IMG/VR virus record: IMGVR_UViG_3300028888_000054
Direction: 5' to 3' (one strand)
DNA from: a virus
Taxonomy: Duplodnaviria > Caudoviricetes
DNA length: 64,000 nt
Position numbers and translations under genes: made by a program. Within the stretch, counting starts at the first letter, position 1, and each line of letters starts with the position of its first letter. The notes below the pieces were generated by a model. It was not told the DNA's origin. It did no database searches and saw nothing but the letters and a program-made list of their open reading frames with translations. Positions 26,440-35,861 of the stretch are shown piece by piece.

Positions 26440-27429
26440 TTACCCCTTCTTTACTCTCTTTAAAACTTCCTTAAAACATTCAAGAAGTTTTTCATTATTT
26501 ATATCAGACTTTTTAGTTTCTTTCAAGTATTTTACCATACTTACTGCAACACCTTCGTTTGCATCAATCTTTGAACGAATGGAAGTATCTGCTGTTTCAT
26601 TTTTTACAAACTTTGCGTTAACTTCTACCGCTCCTTTTGCTATCATTATATCACGAAGTTTTACAAAGTTTTCAATTTTAGAATCAATAATAACATCTAC
26701 TATATTATTTTTATATTCTATTGAACTATCAGTTAATGCGTCAGATAGCGACACTTCCAAATAATCTGGAGCATCTTTATATTCAACTAACTCATAATCT
26801 GTTCCGTCAATAACGCAGAAATAATGTTCATGATTTGAAGCTTCATCTCTTCTAGTTGCATACTGAGAGCCTGGAAAAACAAATTTTCCTTTTTCTTGCT
26901 TTTTATGCAAATGGCCGCTAACAACTAAATCATAATGTTCAAAACTGTCTTCTATAAATGTTTTATCTTCGCATTTTTTATATGGATTAAAATAAAACCC
27001 TTCTACTTCTAGGTGAGTAAATAAAACTTGTCCTTTGTTTGGTAAATCTGATAGGTTCTGAGTATACGATAAGAAATCATAATCCACACCACCGATATTA
27101 ATTGTTTCTGATTTTTTTACAAAATGAGCAAAAGCCTTAAAAGACTCTAGCAGAGTATCACCATCATCGTTCATTTTGTCGTGATTGCCGCTAAAAACAA
27201 TAAGTTCTATACCCGCCTCTTTAATTTCATAAAGTTTATTAAAAAACGGCATAAACATTTGGTTTCTTATGTTGTTAGATGTATCAAATAAGTCACCACC
27301 CAAAACAACATATTTAATGTTATACTCTTTACAATACTTTTCAATATAATCTAAAAAATTAAGACATTCCGTTAGTCTTATTAAATCTTTGTTAAGGTGT
27401 AAATCACTAATAAAAATTATTTTTTCCAT
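26440..27429 (-). CDS. gp47: Mre11/SbcD-like nuclease (T4 gp47)
   Basis: SDLH, GGDLFD, GNHD, GHLH motifs. Confidence 0.92.
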   Translation of the reverse strand: MEKIIFISDLHLNKDLIRLTECLNFLDYIEKYCKEYNIKYVVLGGDLFDTSNNIRNQMFMPFFNKLYEIKEAGIELIVFSGNHDKMNDDGDTLLESFKAFAHFVKKSETINIGGVDYDFLSYTQNLSDLPNKGQVLFTHLEVEGFYFNPYKKCEDKTFIEDSFEHYDLVVSGHLHKKQEKGKFVFPGSQYATRRDEASNHEHYFCVIDGTDYELVEYKDAPDYLEVSLSDALTDSSIEYKNNIVDVIIDSKIENFVKLRDIMIAKGAVEVNAKFVKNETADTSIRSKIDANEGVAVSMVKYLKETKKSDINNEKLLECFKEVLKRVKKG

Positions 27430-28147
27430 ATATCTCCTTCAAAAGTATTTTTTCTATATCTTTATTTTCTTTAAAATTAATCCTTACAAGCCTTATTTTA
27501 TTTTCTTCGCAAAATCTATTTTTAATTTTATCGTTAAACTGTATTTTTGTCAAGTTTTCTTCTTTAAACTTTGGATAAAAATGCTGAGATCCATCATATT
27601 CTATTAATAAATTTTTTTCTGGCAAATAAAAGTCAAACGGCAACTCTCTTTTATTTTTACATTTTTTAAACTTTTGTTCTCTCTTATATTTTATATTATT
27701 TTTCACTAAAAAGGCTTCTATTTCTCTAACCCCTTTACTATCTTTTTGTTCCGCTATGCATTTTGGGCAATCTTGACCCCTTAAATGATTATTAGCTTCT
27801 TGAAAAAAATCTCCATGCAAAGGACAAACTATATTTATAACCTCGTGAAGGTTATTGAAGCTTACTTTTGAGTAGTCATATTTAATTTTATGATTATTTT
27901 TACTTCTTTCTATAAAATTTTCTAACGAAAGTTTTTTCTTTATACCATTTTTTGTTTTCCCGCATTCTGGACATCCTTGTCCTGTTAAATGCGCTCTTGG
28001 CTGTTGTTCAAATACCCCATGAATTGGGCAAATAATTTTTACTTTTGTAGAAGCATTTTTATATTCTGTTGAACCGTAGTCATATTTATCATCGTGAACA
28101 ACTCTTGCTTTTTCGATAAAAATTTCTGTGGTTACTTTTTTAGGCAT
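27407..28147 (-). mobile_element. Free-standing homing endonuclease: two Zn-ribbon repeats plus a Vsr-like nuclease
   Basis: ICPIHG...GQGCPEC repeats; PFDFYLP...IEYDGSQH; overlaps the gp47 start. Confidence 0.82.
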
Positions 28148-28155
28148 AATGTGTT

Positions 28156-28236
28156 CTCCTTGTTAGCCCCATTGTGACGTCGGCCAACAAGGAGCCGATT
28201 CGAGAGCTAATCGAATCGTTTTAACATATTTAACTT
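28156..28236 (-). promoter_or_regulatory. Structured leader: AAGTTAA motif, an 8-bp hairpin and a 13-bp SD-sequestering hairpin
   Basis: CGATTCGA / TCGAATCG; CTCCTTGTTGGCC / GGCTAACAAGGAG. Confidence 0.75.
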
Positions 28237-28260
28237 ATGTAAAAGGATAACTCCGACTTG

Positions 28261-28770
28261 TTATTCTGTCAAGAATGCCAAACTTCCATCCGGAACGATG
28301 TCCCATAATGAGTATTGTTCTATTTCACTTTTTGATACTTTTGCTTTTTGTCTTTTACAGTTTATTATAAAATCTGGTTTTAAATTTTTCAATGTCCAAC
28401 ACTTTTTAAATTCGTTGTCCCAATACTTATAAAATGTATAACAACGACGTGGTATGTGAAAAGTAACTCCCCATAAATCCCCATAATTTTCAAACGTCAT
28501 GCCATCTTTAAATTCTGACTGTAAGTGGTTTTTTAATTCTTCTTTAGAATAGCCAAGGATTTCAGACCACCTAAATGGCCCATTGTGTTTTAGACAATAG
28601 CGTATATTTTGCTTTATGTTTTTATCTATATTTGAGACTTTTTGCTTTTTTTTCTTTCTGGATAGACAAGATTTGCAAACAGATTTGTGACCATCTTTTT
28701 TGCTTTTGTCTTTATGAAACTCACTTAAAAACTTTTCTTGCCCGCATCTTTTACATCTTTTCTTTTCCAT
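28261..28770 (-). CDS. Zn finger plus degenerate HNH-like endonuclease (GMTxENYG family)
   Basis: CxxC...CxxC; GYSKEELKNHL, GMTFENYG, CWTLKNLKP; expected WHIDH replaced by WGVTFH. Confidence 0.65.
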   Translation of the reverse strand: MEKKRCKRCGQEKFLSEFHKDKSKKDGHKSVCKSCLSRKKKKQKVSNIDKNIKQNIRYCLKHNGPFRWSEILGYSKEELKNHLQSEFKDGMTFENYGDLWGVTFHIPRRCYTFYKYWDNEFKKCWTLKNLKPDFIINCKRQKAKVSKSEIEQYSLWDIVPDGSLAFLTE

Positions 28771-28771
28771 T

Positions 28772-29584
28772 TTAGCTGTTATAGTAGCTAACCATTAAAT
28801 CAACCATTTCACCTTTAAGGTTCGGAAATTTAATTTTAAGCTCTGCTCTAAATTTTTCTTCTTTTTCTTCTATTATGCTTTCTATTTCTTTTTTAAGATT
28901 TTTATATTTTTGGGCTGTTAATTCTATTACTTCGTCCGCTATTTTTTTTACCCTCAAACAACACTCTTCTTCTATTTCTTCGATTATATCTTTTCTTAAA
29001 TGCTGTATGTGTTTTTCTAAAATTGATTTTGAAGAACTATAACAATCCTCACCGATTGTTTTAATTTCTATTTCTGTTTTGTTTTCAAAGTTATCTGCTC
29101 TAATTGCCGAACAGATTATATCTTTTGTTTTTTCTTTTATTTGCTCTGTTAAAAAACCATAAATTATTATTTGATAATTGTCTTCTTGGGTTAGTTCTTT
29201 TTTTGTTTCCTTAAGAAGGCTTCCATATTTTATTTGGTATTCGTTTACGCTATTATCTATTCTTGTGGAAGCATATCTGATACACTCTATAATCACTTCT
29301 TGAGTTAATTTATCTATTTCTTTCGAAACACCAGTCTTCCAGCTTATTATAGAATTACTCAAAAAAACCGCATTTGCTAATATATCTCTTTCTAACTCTT
29401 CTTTATTTATTTTTTCTTTTTTTCCTGCGTTAAATTTAAAACCATCTTTCCCAACTTCTGCTTCAACTCCGTTTCCACTTTTTGTTGCTTTTACTATCAA
29501 CACTACTATCGAGATAGCCATTACAATAAAAACACTTATAACTATTATTGCTATAGTGGGATGGTTATCGAAAAAATTCCACAT
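28772..29584 (-). CDS. Single-pass membrane protein, possibly holin-like
   Basis: N-terminal hydrophobic helix IAIIVISVFIVMAISIVVLIV; late-type motif upstream. Confidence 0.5.
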   Translation of the reverse strand: MWNFFDNHPTIAIIVISVFIVMAISIVVLIVKATKSGNGVEAEVGKDGFKFNAGKKEKINKEELERDILANAVFLSNSIISWKTGVSKEIDKLTQEVIIECIRYASTRIDNSVNEYQIKYGSLLKETKKELTQEDNYQIIIYGFLTEQIKEKTKDIICSAIRADNFENKTEIEIKTIGEDCYSSSKSILEKHIQHLRKDIIEEIEEECCLRVKKIADEVIELTAQKYKNLKKEIESIIEEKEEKFRAELKIKFPNLKGEMVDLMVSYYNS

Positions 29585-29622
29585 GATAATTTACCTCTAC
29601 TAAATTAACTTATTTTAAATAC

Positions 29623-29647
29623 AAAAAAGCCAGCTATTAGCTGGCTT
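29623..29647 (-). terminator. Intrinsic terminator
   Basis: AGCCAGCT / AGCTGGCT stem plus T tract. Confidence 0.75.
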
Positions 29648-29686
29648 AAACTTTTTTTAATAGACTTTCTTAACTTTTTATTTACT

Positions 29687-30148
29687 TTATTTAATTTCTA
29701 CTTTTTTTATTTTATTTTCTACTTTTTTATCTTTTGCAGGGATGATTATTGTAAGGACTCCTTCTTTAAACTCAGCAGTAGTCTTATCGAAATCAAAAAT
29801 ATCTTCTGGCACAAAATACTTATAAGAAAACTCTGATCTTTTAAATGTATCAACCAAAATTTTTGCAGTTGATCTTTTCTTTTCATCATAAGAATTTAAA
29901 TAGTCGTCGAATTCTTTTCTTAATTTTTTACCATATTGATCTGTAGTAGAAAGAATTAAACAATCTTTACCAAAAGAAATGTCTAAATCTTCTTTTGAAT
30001 AACCAGCAAGGGCAAACTTAAATGTTACTTTGTTTTCTCTTTTTACTACTCTTACTGGTGGGAAAGAAGGAACTGAATACTTGTCGATACCAGTAAACAG
30101 TTTCTCATCAAACAGTTTTGTCATTTCATCAAACAAATCATTAATCAT
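29687..30148 (-). CDS. Small heat-shock protein (Hsp20/alpha-crystallin)
   Basis: SFPP, FALAGYSKEDL, AEFKEGVLTI motifs. Confidence 0.85.
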   Translation of the reverse strand: MINDLFDEMTKLFDEKLFTGIDKYSVPSFPPVRVVKRENKVTFKFALAGYSKEDLDISFGKDCLILSTTDQYGKKLRKEFDDYLNSYDEKKRSTAKILVDTFKRSEFSYKYFVPEDIFDFDKTTAEFKEGVLTIIIPAKDKKVENKIKKVEIK

Positions 30149-30185
30149 TTATATCTCCTTGCCTAACCCCTGACTTTACAGGCAA

Positions 30186-30910
30186 TTAGGACTTAAATTT
30201 CAGAAACATTCCTACTGTTTTATCAAAGTTAACTTTCTTTTTCCAAGATTCGTCTTTTGCCATTGTAGTCGCTGCTGCTGTTAAAGAGGCAACATATATT
30301 GGTTTTACAGAAACAACTACAGAGTTTGAAACTTTATCATATCTATAATCAAAAAGATTTAAAGAATCAAGATTTAAATGTTTTTTTGAAATTTCTTCTA
30401 TAATTCCAAAGACGTTGCTTCTTAATTGGCTGCTTTGTTTTAACATTTTTTTAAAATGTTCAGCGATATATTTTCCATATACCATCTCCATACCATAAAG
30501 TAATACCATTTGTGGTAATTGTCTTCCAAATCTGTAAGATCTAGACATACTCAAAAAATTATCATAAGGTTTACAGTTTTTCAAGCCATCTTTTAGCCAA
30601 TCATCTATGCAAAAAGAAAATCTTGATTTGGTATTATCAAAACTCTCCAATTTGATATATGCTCTATCACTTGGTTTTACCCAGGTTTGTAATTTTGATT
30701 TTAATACACTCTGTTCAACTCTTAAAACCCCTCTTCTTGGAGAATTGTCAAAACACATGTTATTAAATATAAAATAATAGTCATCTCCATTTATGCCGCT
30801 ACTTATAAGCATTGGGTTTATAGCAAAATTAACCGAAGGCTTTGCAGAAATTTCTGTATCTACCCTTCCGCTCAAACCTTTTAATGGATAGCTAAACATA
30901 GTATTACTCA
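30186..30910 (-). CDS. Hypothetical protein (start uncertain; ORF track extends to 30929)
   Basis: ORF track 30186..30929; AAGGA upstream of the MSNT start. Confidence 0.55.
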
Positions 30911-32763
30911 TTGTTTCTTTCCTTATCATTTATAATTTTTAAAAGTTTTGATTTTGCTTTATCTATATCATAATTAAACTTACTTAATTCTGATACACCA
31001 TACATTTTTGTAAAATCATCTATTACATCTTCTAGCTCGCCGTAATCAGAGGAAGCTTGTGTTTTTCCTGTATACTCCGTATTTTCAATTTTGTCAATAA
31101 TAGCATTTACTTTATTAATGCTAACCTTTGTAGCCGAAGAACCGTTCTTAGGATCTATTTTTTTCATTAATTTTTTATATTTTTCTTCAATCCTTCCGCT
31201 TATTTTTTTGCCAGCGATAGCATTTTTTACTTTTTCTTTTTGGGCTTCCAACTCTTTCATTGAAACATATTCTTTTTCTAATGAAGAATCTATTAGGTTT
31301 TCTATATCTTCTAGGTTTTCTTCACTTTTTTTGATACCTACAGTTTCTTTTTTCTGATGATTGTCTTTTACATCTTTAAATATATTTTCAGAATTTTTAA
31401 ACTCTTTTACTGTTAAGAAATTATTAAACAATCTATATTTTTTACACAAAGCAACATCTTCTTCTGACATTAGTTTTTTTAGCTTTGATTCAAACCGTTT
31501 TAATAGTTTATCTATTTCTTTTTCGGCTTCTATAATTTTGTCAGTTTTTTTATAATACTTTGTTTCTATAAAATCTTCTGGTTTAATTTTTAAATACCAA
31601 TCATTAATGTCTCCAGAATACATTACGCCAGTTGATTTTAATCCCCATATTTTACTTTCATATTGGTTAAGTTCAACTGTTCCTTTTATAGAAATATAAT
31701 TATCAAACTTTTCTTCATAGATTTTTTTAGCAGCTGCTACGGCATCTTTTAAAACCTTTTCGTAGTATTGTCTAAACTCAGACTTTAAAACGTTTGATTT
31801 CATTTTGTTTATTTCTTCTCTTCTTAATTGATATAAAGCAAAAGCATTTTTAAAAGATCCGTGATGGTCTCCAGTATCGCCATTTTTTATTCCTTTTACT
31901 GCAGATATACCCTGCTCTCTAAGCTTATCGATTCTAAATCTTATTTGTTCTCTACTTTCATACCTTGCAGTTCTTCCAGCACCACCAACTTTTATATCTT
32001 CACCATCTCTTAAATTAGCATTGTTTAATCTATCCATTAATCTTTTTATTTCAGTTGCAGTTTTTTCAAGCTCGCTATCTGACCAGCCATTAAGATTTTT
32101 TCTACCAATACCTGCTTCATCTAAGATTTTTTCAATGTTTGTTGCACTTAAATCTATCACTTTTCCAGACTTAAAATCTTCATATGTTTTTTCTGCTTTT
32201 TTTAAAGCTTCTCTTGCCTCACTCTGTTTTAAATTTAAATCTTTTGAGTCTTTAACATATGTGTTTCTTTTTTCTATCTTTTTTCTTCCAGACTCTCTAT
32301 ATCTATAATAATCCTCTTTTGTCATTCCAAAAATTTCTTTATTAGTTAAAGTTCTGTTTCTCGACAAATTTCTTTTAATTATTTGATATGGTGGCATTAC
32401 ATTTTTTCTAAAATCATTAATTTCTTTTACGACTGCTGCGTCATATTTATTATAAAGATAAGCCATTACTTTTTTTTGTTCTTTTGTTAGTGTGTAAACA
32501 GTATCGTCGTCTTTATTTCCTGATTTTCCAGTTGTGTGTGCTTTAATTTTTTCAGCTCCAATTGCTACATTAGCGGCTAAGGTTTTGACTGGCTTAGCAA
32601 CTTTTTTACCAGCAGATTTTATTGCGCTAACTGCGTTATCTTTCAATGCAAAAGCAGCCATCAAAGGAGAAATAGAAAATAATCCTTCTTCAAAAACATA
32701 AACATCGTCATTATTTAATTCTTCACTAGCCAATTCACTGTTAATAATTTCTTTTAAATTCAT
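30904..32763 (-). CDS. Large Lys-rich hypothetical protein, candidate internal head protein; leaderless start 32763
   Basis: AAGTTAA-4nt-ATG; acidic N-terminus MNLKEII...VFEEG followed by a basic body. Confidence 0.6.
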   Translation of the reverse strand: MNLKEIINSELASEELNNDDVYVFEEGLFSISPLMAAFALKDNAVSAIKSAGKKVAKPVKTLAANVAIGAEKIKAHTTGKSGNKDDDTVYTLTKEQKKVMAYLYNKYDAAVVKEINDFRKNVMPPYQIIKRNLSRNRTLTNKEIFGMTKEDYYRYRESGRKKIEKRNTYVKDSKDLNLKQSEAREALKKAEKTYEDFKSGKVIDLSATNIEKILDEAGIGRKNLNGWSDSELEKTATEIKRLMDRLNNANLRDGEDIKVGGAGRTARYESREQIRFRIDKLREQGISAVKGIKNGDTGDHHGSFKNAFALYQLRREEINKMKSNVLKSEFRQYYEKVLKDAVAAAKKIYEEKFDNYISIKGTVELNQYESKIWGLKSTGVMYSGDINDWYLKIKPEDFIETKYYKKTDKIIEAEKEIDKLLKRFESKLKKLMSEEDVALCKKYRLFNNFLTVKEFKNSENIFKDVKDNHQKKETVGIKKSEENLEDIENLIDSSLEKEYVSMKELEAQKEKVKNAIAGKKISGRIEEKYKKLMKKIDPKNGSSATKVSINKVNAIIDKIENTEYTGKTQASSDYGELEDVIDDFTKMYGVSELSKFNYDIDKAKSKLLKIINDKERNNE

Positions 32764-32842
32764 ACATTTAACTTTCGCTAGACCTCTTGACAAAAAAACT
32801 AAAAAGAGTATTATCAATATACTTTTATAAAAGGAGAAAAAA

Positions 32843-33169
32843 ATGGATAAAATTACATCAGTTAAAGCTACTGGAGAATGGGTAGTATGTCTTGGCGTTC
32901 CAGTTGTAGAAAAACAAACAAAAACAACTTCTGGTTTAATAACAGGAAAGAAGTCAAACGGACAGAGTATGGGAGTTAACGGTGGTCAAAAGACAGTTTA
33001 TGACTTTAAAATTTTTGACATTGGTCCAGAAGTTCCAAAAGACAAAATCAGCTACAAGAAAGACGATTTCGTAATTCTTGATGGATATGATATGCAGGGT
33101 TTTGGCGATGACGATACAATGTATGTTGTATGTCACTATACAAAAATCAAAGCTATTGTTAAGTTTTAA
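32843..33169 (+). CDS. gp31: GroES-like co-chaperonin (T4 gp31)
   Basis: KATGEWVV, TTSGLITGK, IGPEVP, VCHY match the gp31 pattern. Confidence 0.82.
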   Translation: MDKITSVKATGEWVVCLGVPVVEKQTKTTSGLITGKKSNGQSMGVNGGQKTVYDFKIFDIGPEVPKDKISYKKDDFVILDGYDMQGFGDDDTMYVVCHYTKIKAIVKF

Positions 33170-33175
33170 TAGAAT

Positions 33176-33202
33176 AAAAAACCGCTTAGTTTCCTAAGCG
33201 GC
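33176..33202 (-). terminator. Intrinsic terminator
   Basis: CCGCTTAG-GAAA-CTAAGCGG plus T5. Confidence 0.75.
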
Positions 33203-33263
33203 CAGAAAGAAAGAAAAGATGAAAAGTTGTGCTTGTCGCACATAATTATCTTCTTGTTGTTAA

Positions 33264-33292
33264 CAAACCTCCCTTTTTAAGGGAGGTTTTTT
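33264..33292. terminator. Terminator hairpin
   Basis: AAACCTCCCTT / AAGGGAGGTTT. Confidence 0.75.
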
Positions 33293-33296
33293 GTCA

Positions 33297-35189
33297 TTAT
33301 TTACTATTATGATTAAAATCTTCATCAGAAGTTTGAAGTGCTTTTAAGTCTTCTGGTGATACTGGATAAAGTTTGTTTGTCCAATAAACTGCAGAATTCA
33401 TTGCTTTCTTCATTGCCCCTTGTCTAATTTGAGCATATTTCTCAATTTCTGGTGCTTTACTATCTAACACCTTATTAACAATTTCAGAATTAGATCCTTT
33501 TTTCTCTTTAAGTTTTTTTGCTAACCAATACTTATCATCAGTTACTTTACTTGGCGGCGTAATTTTATTAAATCCTTGGAATGACCAAATACCACCACTG
33601 TGCCCACCATTTTTCTCTTTCATCTCATCCATAACAATTTTAATTTTCATATCGTTAACACCCTGAGATTTAAGATATGTAGCAACATCCTGCAAAACAT
33701 GCTCGTTAACTTCTGCAAAATTAACCTTACCTTTATAAAGTGTAGATTTAGCAATCTGGAAGAAGCTATCCCAGTATCTCATAGAGAATGGCATTCTTTG
33801 TCCATTTTCAGAGAATAAAGTTGTGGCATATCTAGTATACTGAGTTTTCTTATCTTTACCGTTAAAAATAGCAAAATTATTATGAGCAACTACTTTGCCT
33901 TTTTTATTTTTTATTTCATCTCTAATAGCCTTAGCTTCTGCAGAACGCTTACCTTTAATTTCTTCAAGTTTCTTTTCGTCTGCTTCTGACTTGTAGCCAG
34001 TTTTCATATTTTCAATATCTTTGGCATTCTTCTTTCTCCAATCATCCAAACTCATAATTGGCGAAGTTGGGTTTCCGCGTCTATCATATCTCTTATTAAG
34101 CTCACCAGGAATTTCAGAAAGCAATTGTTTTGCTTTTTCTACTTCACCATTCTTTAAAGCGGTTACATACTGCAATCTTTTGCCATTATAATTTGCTGCT
34201 TTTAAAGTGTTTGTGTAAAGAGATACCAAACTTGGTTGCGAATTCTTGATAATCCAAGCGGCTGCGTTTCTATCTTTTTTGCAAAGATTATCGTAGATAC
34301 AAGCAATAATAGTGGCAAGATTTTTTTGTCTATCTGGCCCCGTAAAATGTTTCTCAAGGAAGACCGTATTCTTTAACTGAGCTTCTGTATAACCAGCAGA
34401 GTCAACCATAGAAATTGCTTTAAGGTCTGCTTGTGACCAAAGTCCAGGAGTATATTTATTTGCAAAGAATTCTGCCTCAGATTTTGCACCTGTTGCAATT
34501 TCTCCTGTTTTTCCACCAGACAAAGCGCCTTGTTCATTTGAGTGGTGATCTGATAAGAACTGTGGATTTACAATCGGAAAAGAAAGTTCTTGTATGTTCT
34601 GCATTGTTGCTGGGGTAAAACCAGTAAATTTCTTATTTTTTGCAGCATATGCTTTTAGTTCGTTGTAAGCCTTAAAAGCTTCTAATAATTTCTTCAAACT
34701 TCCACTTGTAAATTTTCCAACTGGAACCTTGTAAGTATCTACAATTTCTTTATCAAACTTTTCCTGAGAGTATGCTGTCCAATCACGCTGTAATAAATTT
34801 AACAACGCACGCGAATCACCTTTAAAATTAAACAAGGTGTTCCAAATCTTGAATGGTTTTACTTTTGGCAACTTAGCAAAATCAGTAACACCTACATACT
34901 GTCCTGGTTTGCTCTGTCTAAATTTCTCAGTATGTAGATCTTTCTCTTTATCATCATCTCCATACTGTGCGAATTCAACTGTAATTCTTTCTTTTGGTAT
35001 ACCCTGCTTAATAAGCTGCTGAACCATTGAAATACCTGAAGTTACGCCATCTAGATCAAGCTAGTCAACATGACATACTACTTTTGCAGATTTTGTTCCA
35101 TGTGGTAAATGGAGTTCTTCTGACAAAAGACTGTCATGTTGTTTGGCTACCTCCTTGAAAAATATATTTAATGTTTTTTCTGTTAACAT
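33297..35189 (-). CDS. DHH-family phosphoesterase; true start 35189, in-frame TAG at 35061-35063
   Basis: AGGAG RBS plus ATG in frame with ORF 33297..35027; motifs CHVD*LDLDGVTSG, TDFA, SDHH, MVDSA, GGH. Confidence 0.75.
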
Positions 35190-35231
35190 TCTGTTCTCCT
35201 ATTTTTAACTTATTCTATATTTTTATTCTCG

Positions 35232-35376
35232 CCGTCCAGACAAAATTGTCCACTCGGCCAAAACAAAGAAAAATAAATGTATATTTATGTAAAATAACTA
35301 TCTAAAAGTTGCATAAATATGCAAAAAAATGCATACCGTCCAGACAAAATTGTCGCGTGCTGCGACAAAATTGTCC
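35232..35376. repeat. Iteron-like repeats around an AT-rich spacer; candidate replication origin
   Basis: CCGTCCAGACAAAATTGTC at 35232 and 35336; GACAAAATTGTC again at 35364. Confidence 0.6.
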
Positions 35377-35415
35377 GCTCTACATAATACTATTAGTAGT
35401 TACAGTCGTTAAAAA

Positions 35416-35742
35416 TTATTCATAGAAATGTTTATCAATTAGATCTAGAACTTCTTCGATGTCTGTGGTTATTGTAGTTTTGGCATTAATTAAAATGTAG
35501 TAATTATTGTCAAAACAATAAATTAATGGCCACGAGTAAGAATATGTGGAAGGATATTTAACTAAAATTATTGGCGTGTCTAATTTACTAAGTTTGTTAC
35601 AAACTGCTAGTTTATACCTTTCATCAATCGCATCTATAAAATTATTATATGTTTCCAAAGTATCATTATTTTTTAACACCTTAGAGACCTTTCCTTTTTT
35701 TAAATTTACTTCTACAATCTTCCTAACTGTTAGTTTATCCAT
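35416..35742 (-). CDS. Hypothetical protein
   Basis: ORF track; AAGATAA 5 nt upstream of ATG. Confidence 0.55.
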   Translation of the reverse strand: MDKLTVRKIVEVNLKKGKVSKVLKNNDTLETYNNFIDAIDERYKLAVCNKLSKLDTPIILVKYPSTYSYSWPLIYCFDNNYYILINAKTTITTDIEEVLDLIDKHFYE

Positions 35743-35801
35743 ATAATTTATCTTATCTACGACTTTTTAGTTATTGACAAGAAAATAAAAGATGGTAATA
35801 T

Positions 35802-35859
35802 ACACCATATATAGTGTTTTGTTTTACTTTATAAGTTAATAATCCACTAGATAGAGGTT
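35802..35859 (+). promoter_or_regulatory. Tandem NrdR-box-like operators upstream of nrdD
   Basis: ACACCATATATAGTGT (35802) and CCACTAGATAGAGGTT (35844), 42 bp apart. Confidence 0.6.
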
Positions 35860-35861
35860 AT

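Noticed and set aside
35232-35376. Mini-CRISPR array
   Set aside because: Only 2-3 short copies with very unequal spacing and no cas genes in the window
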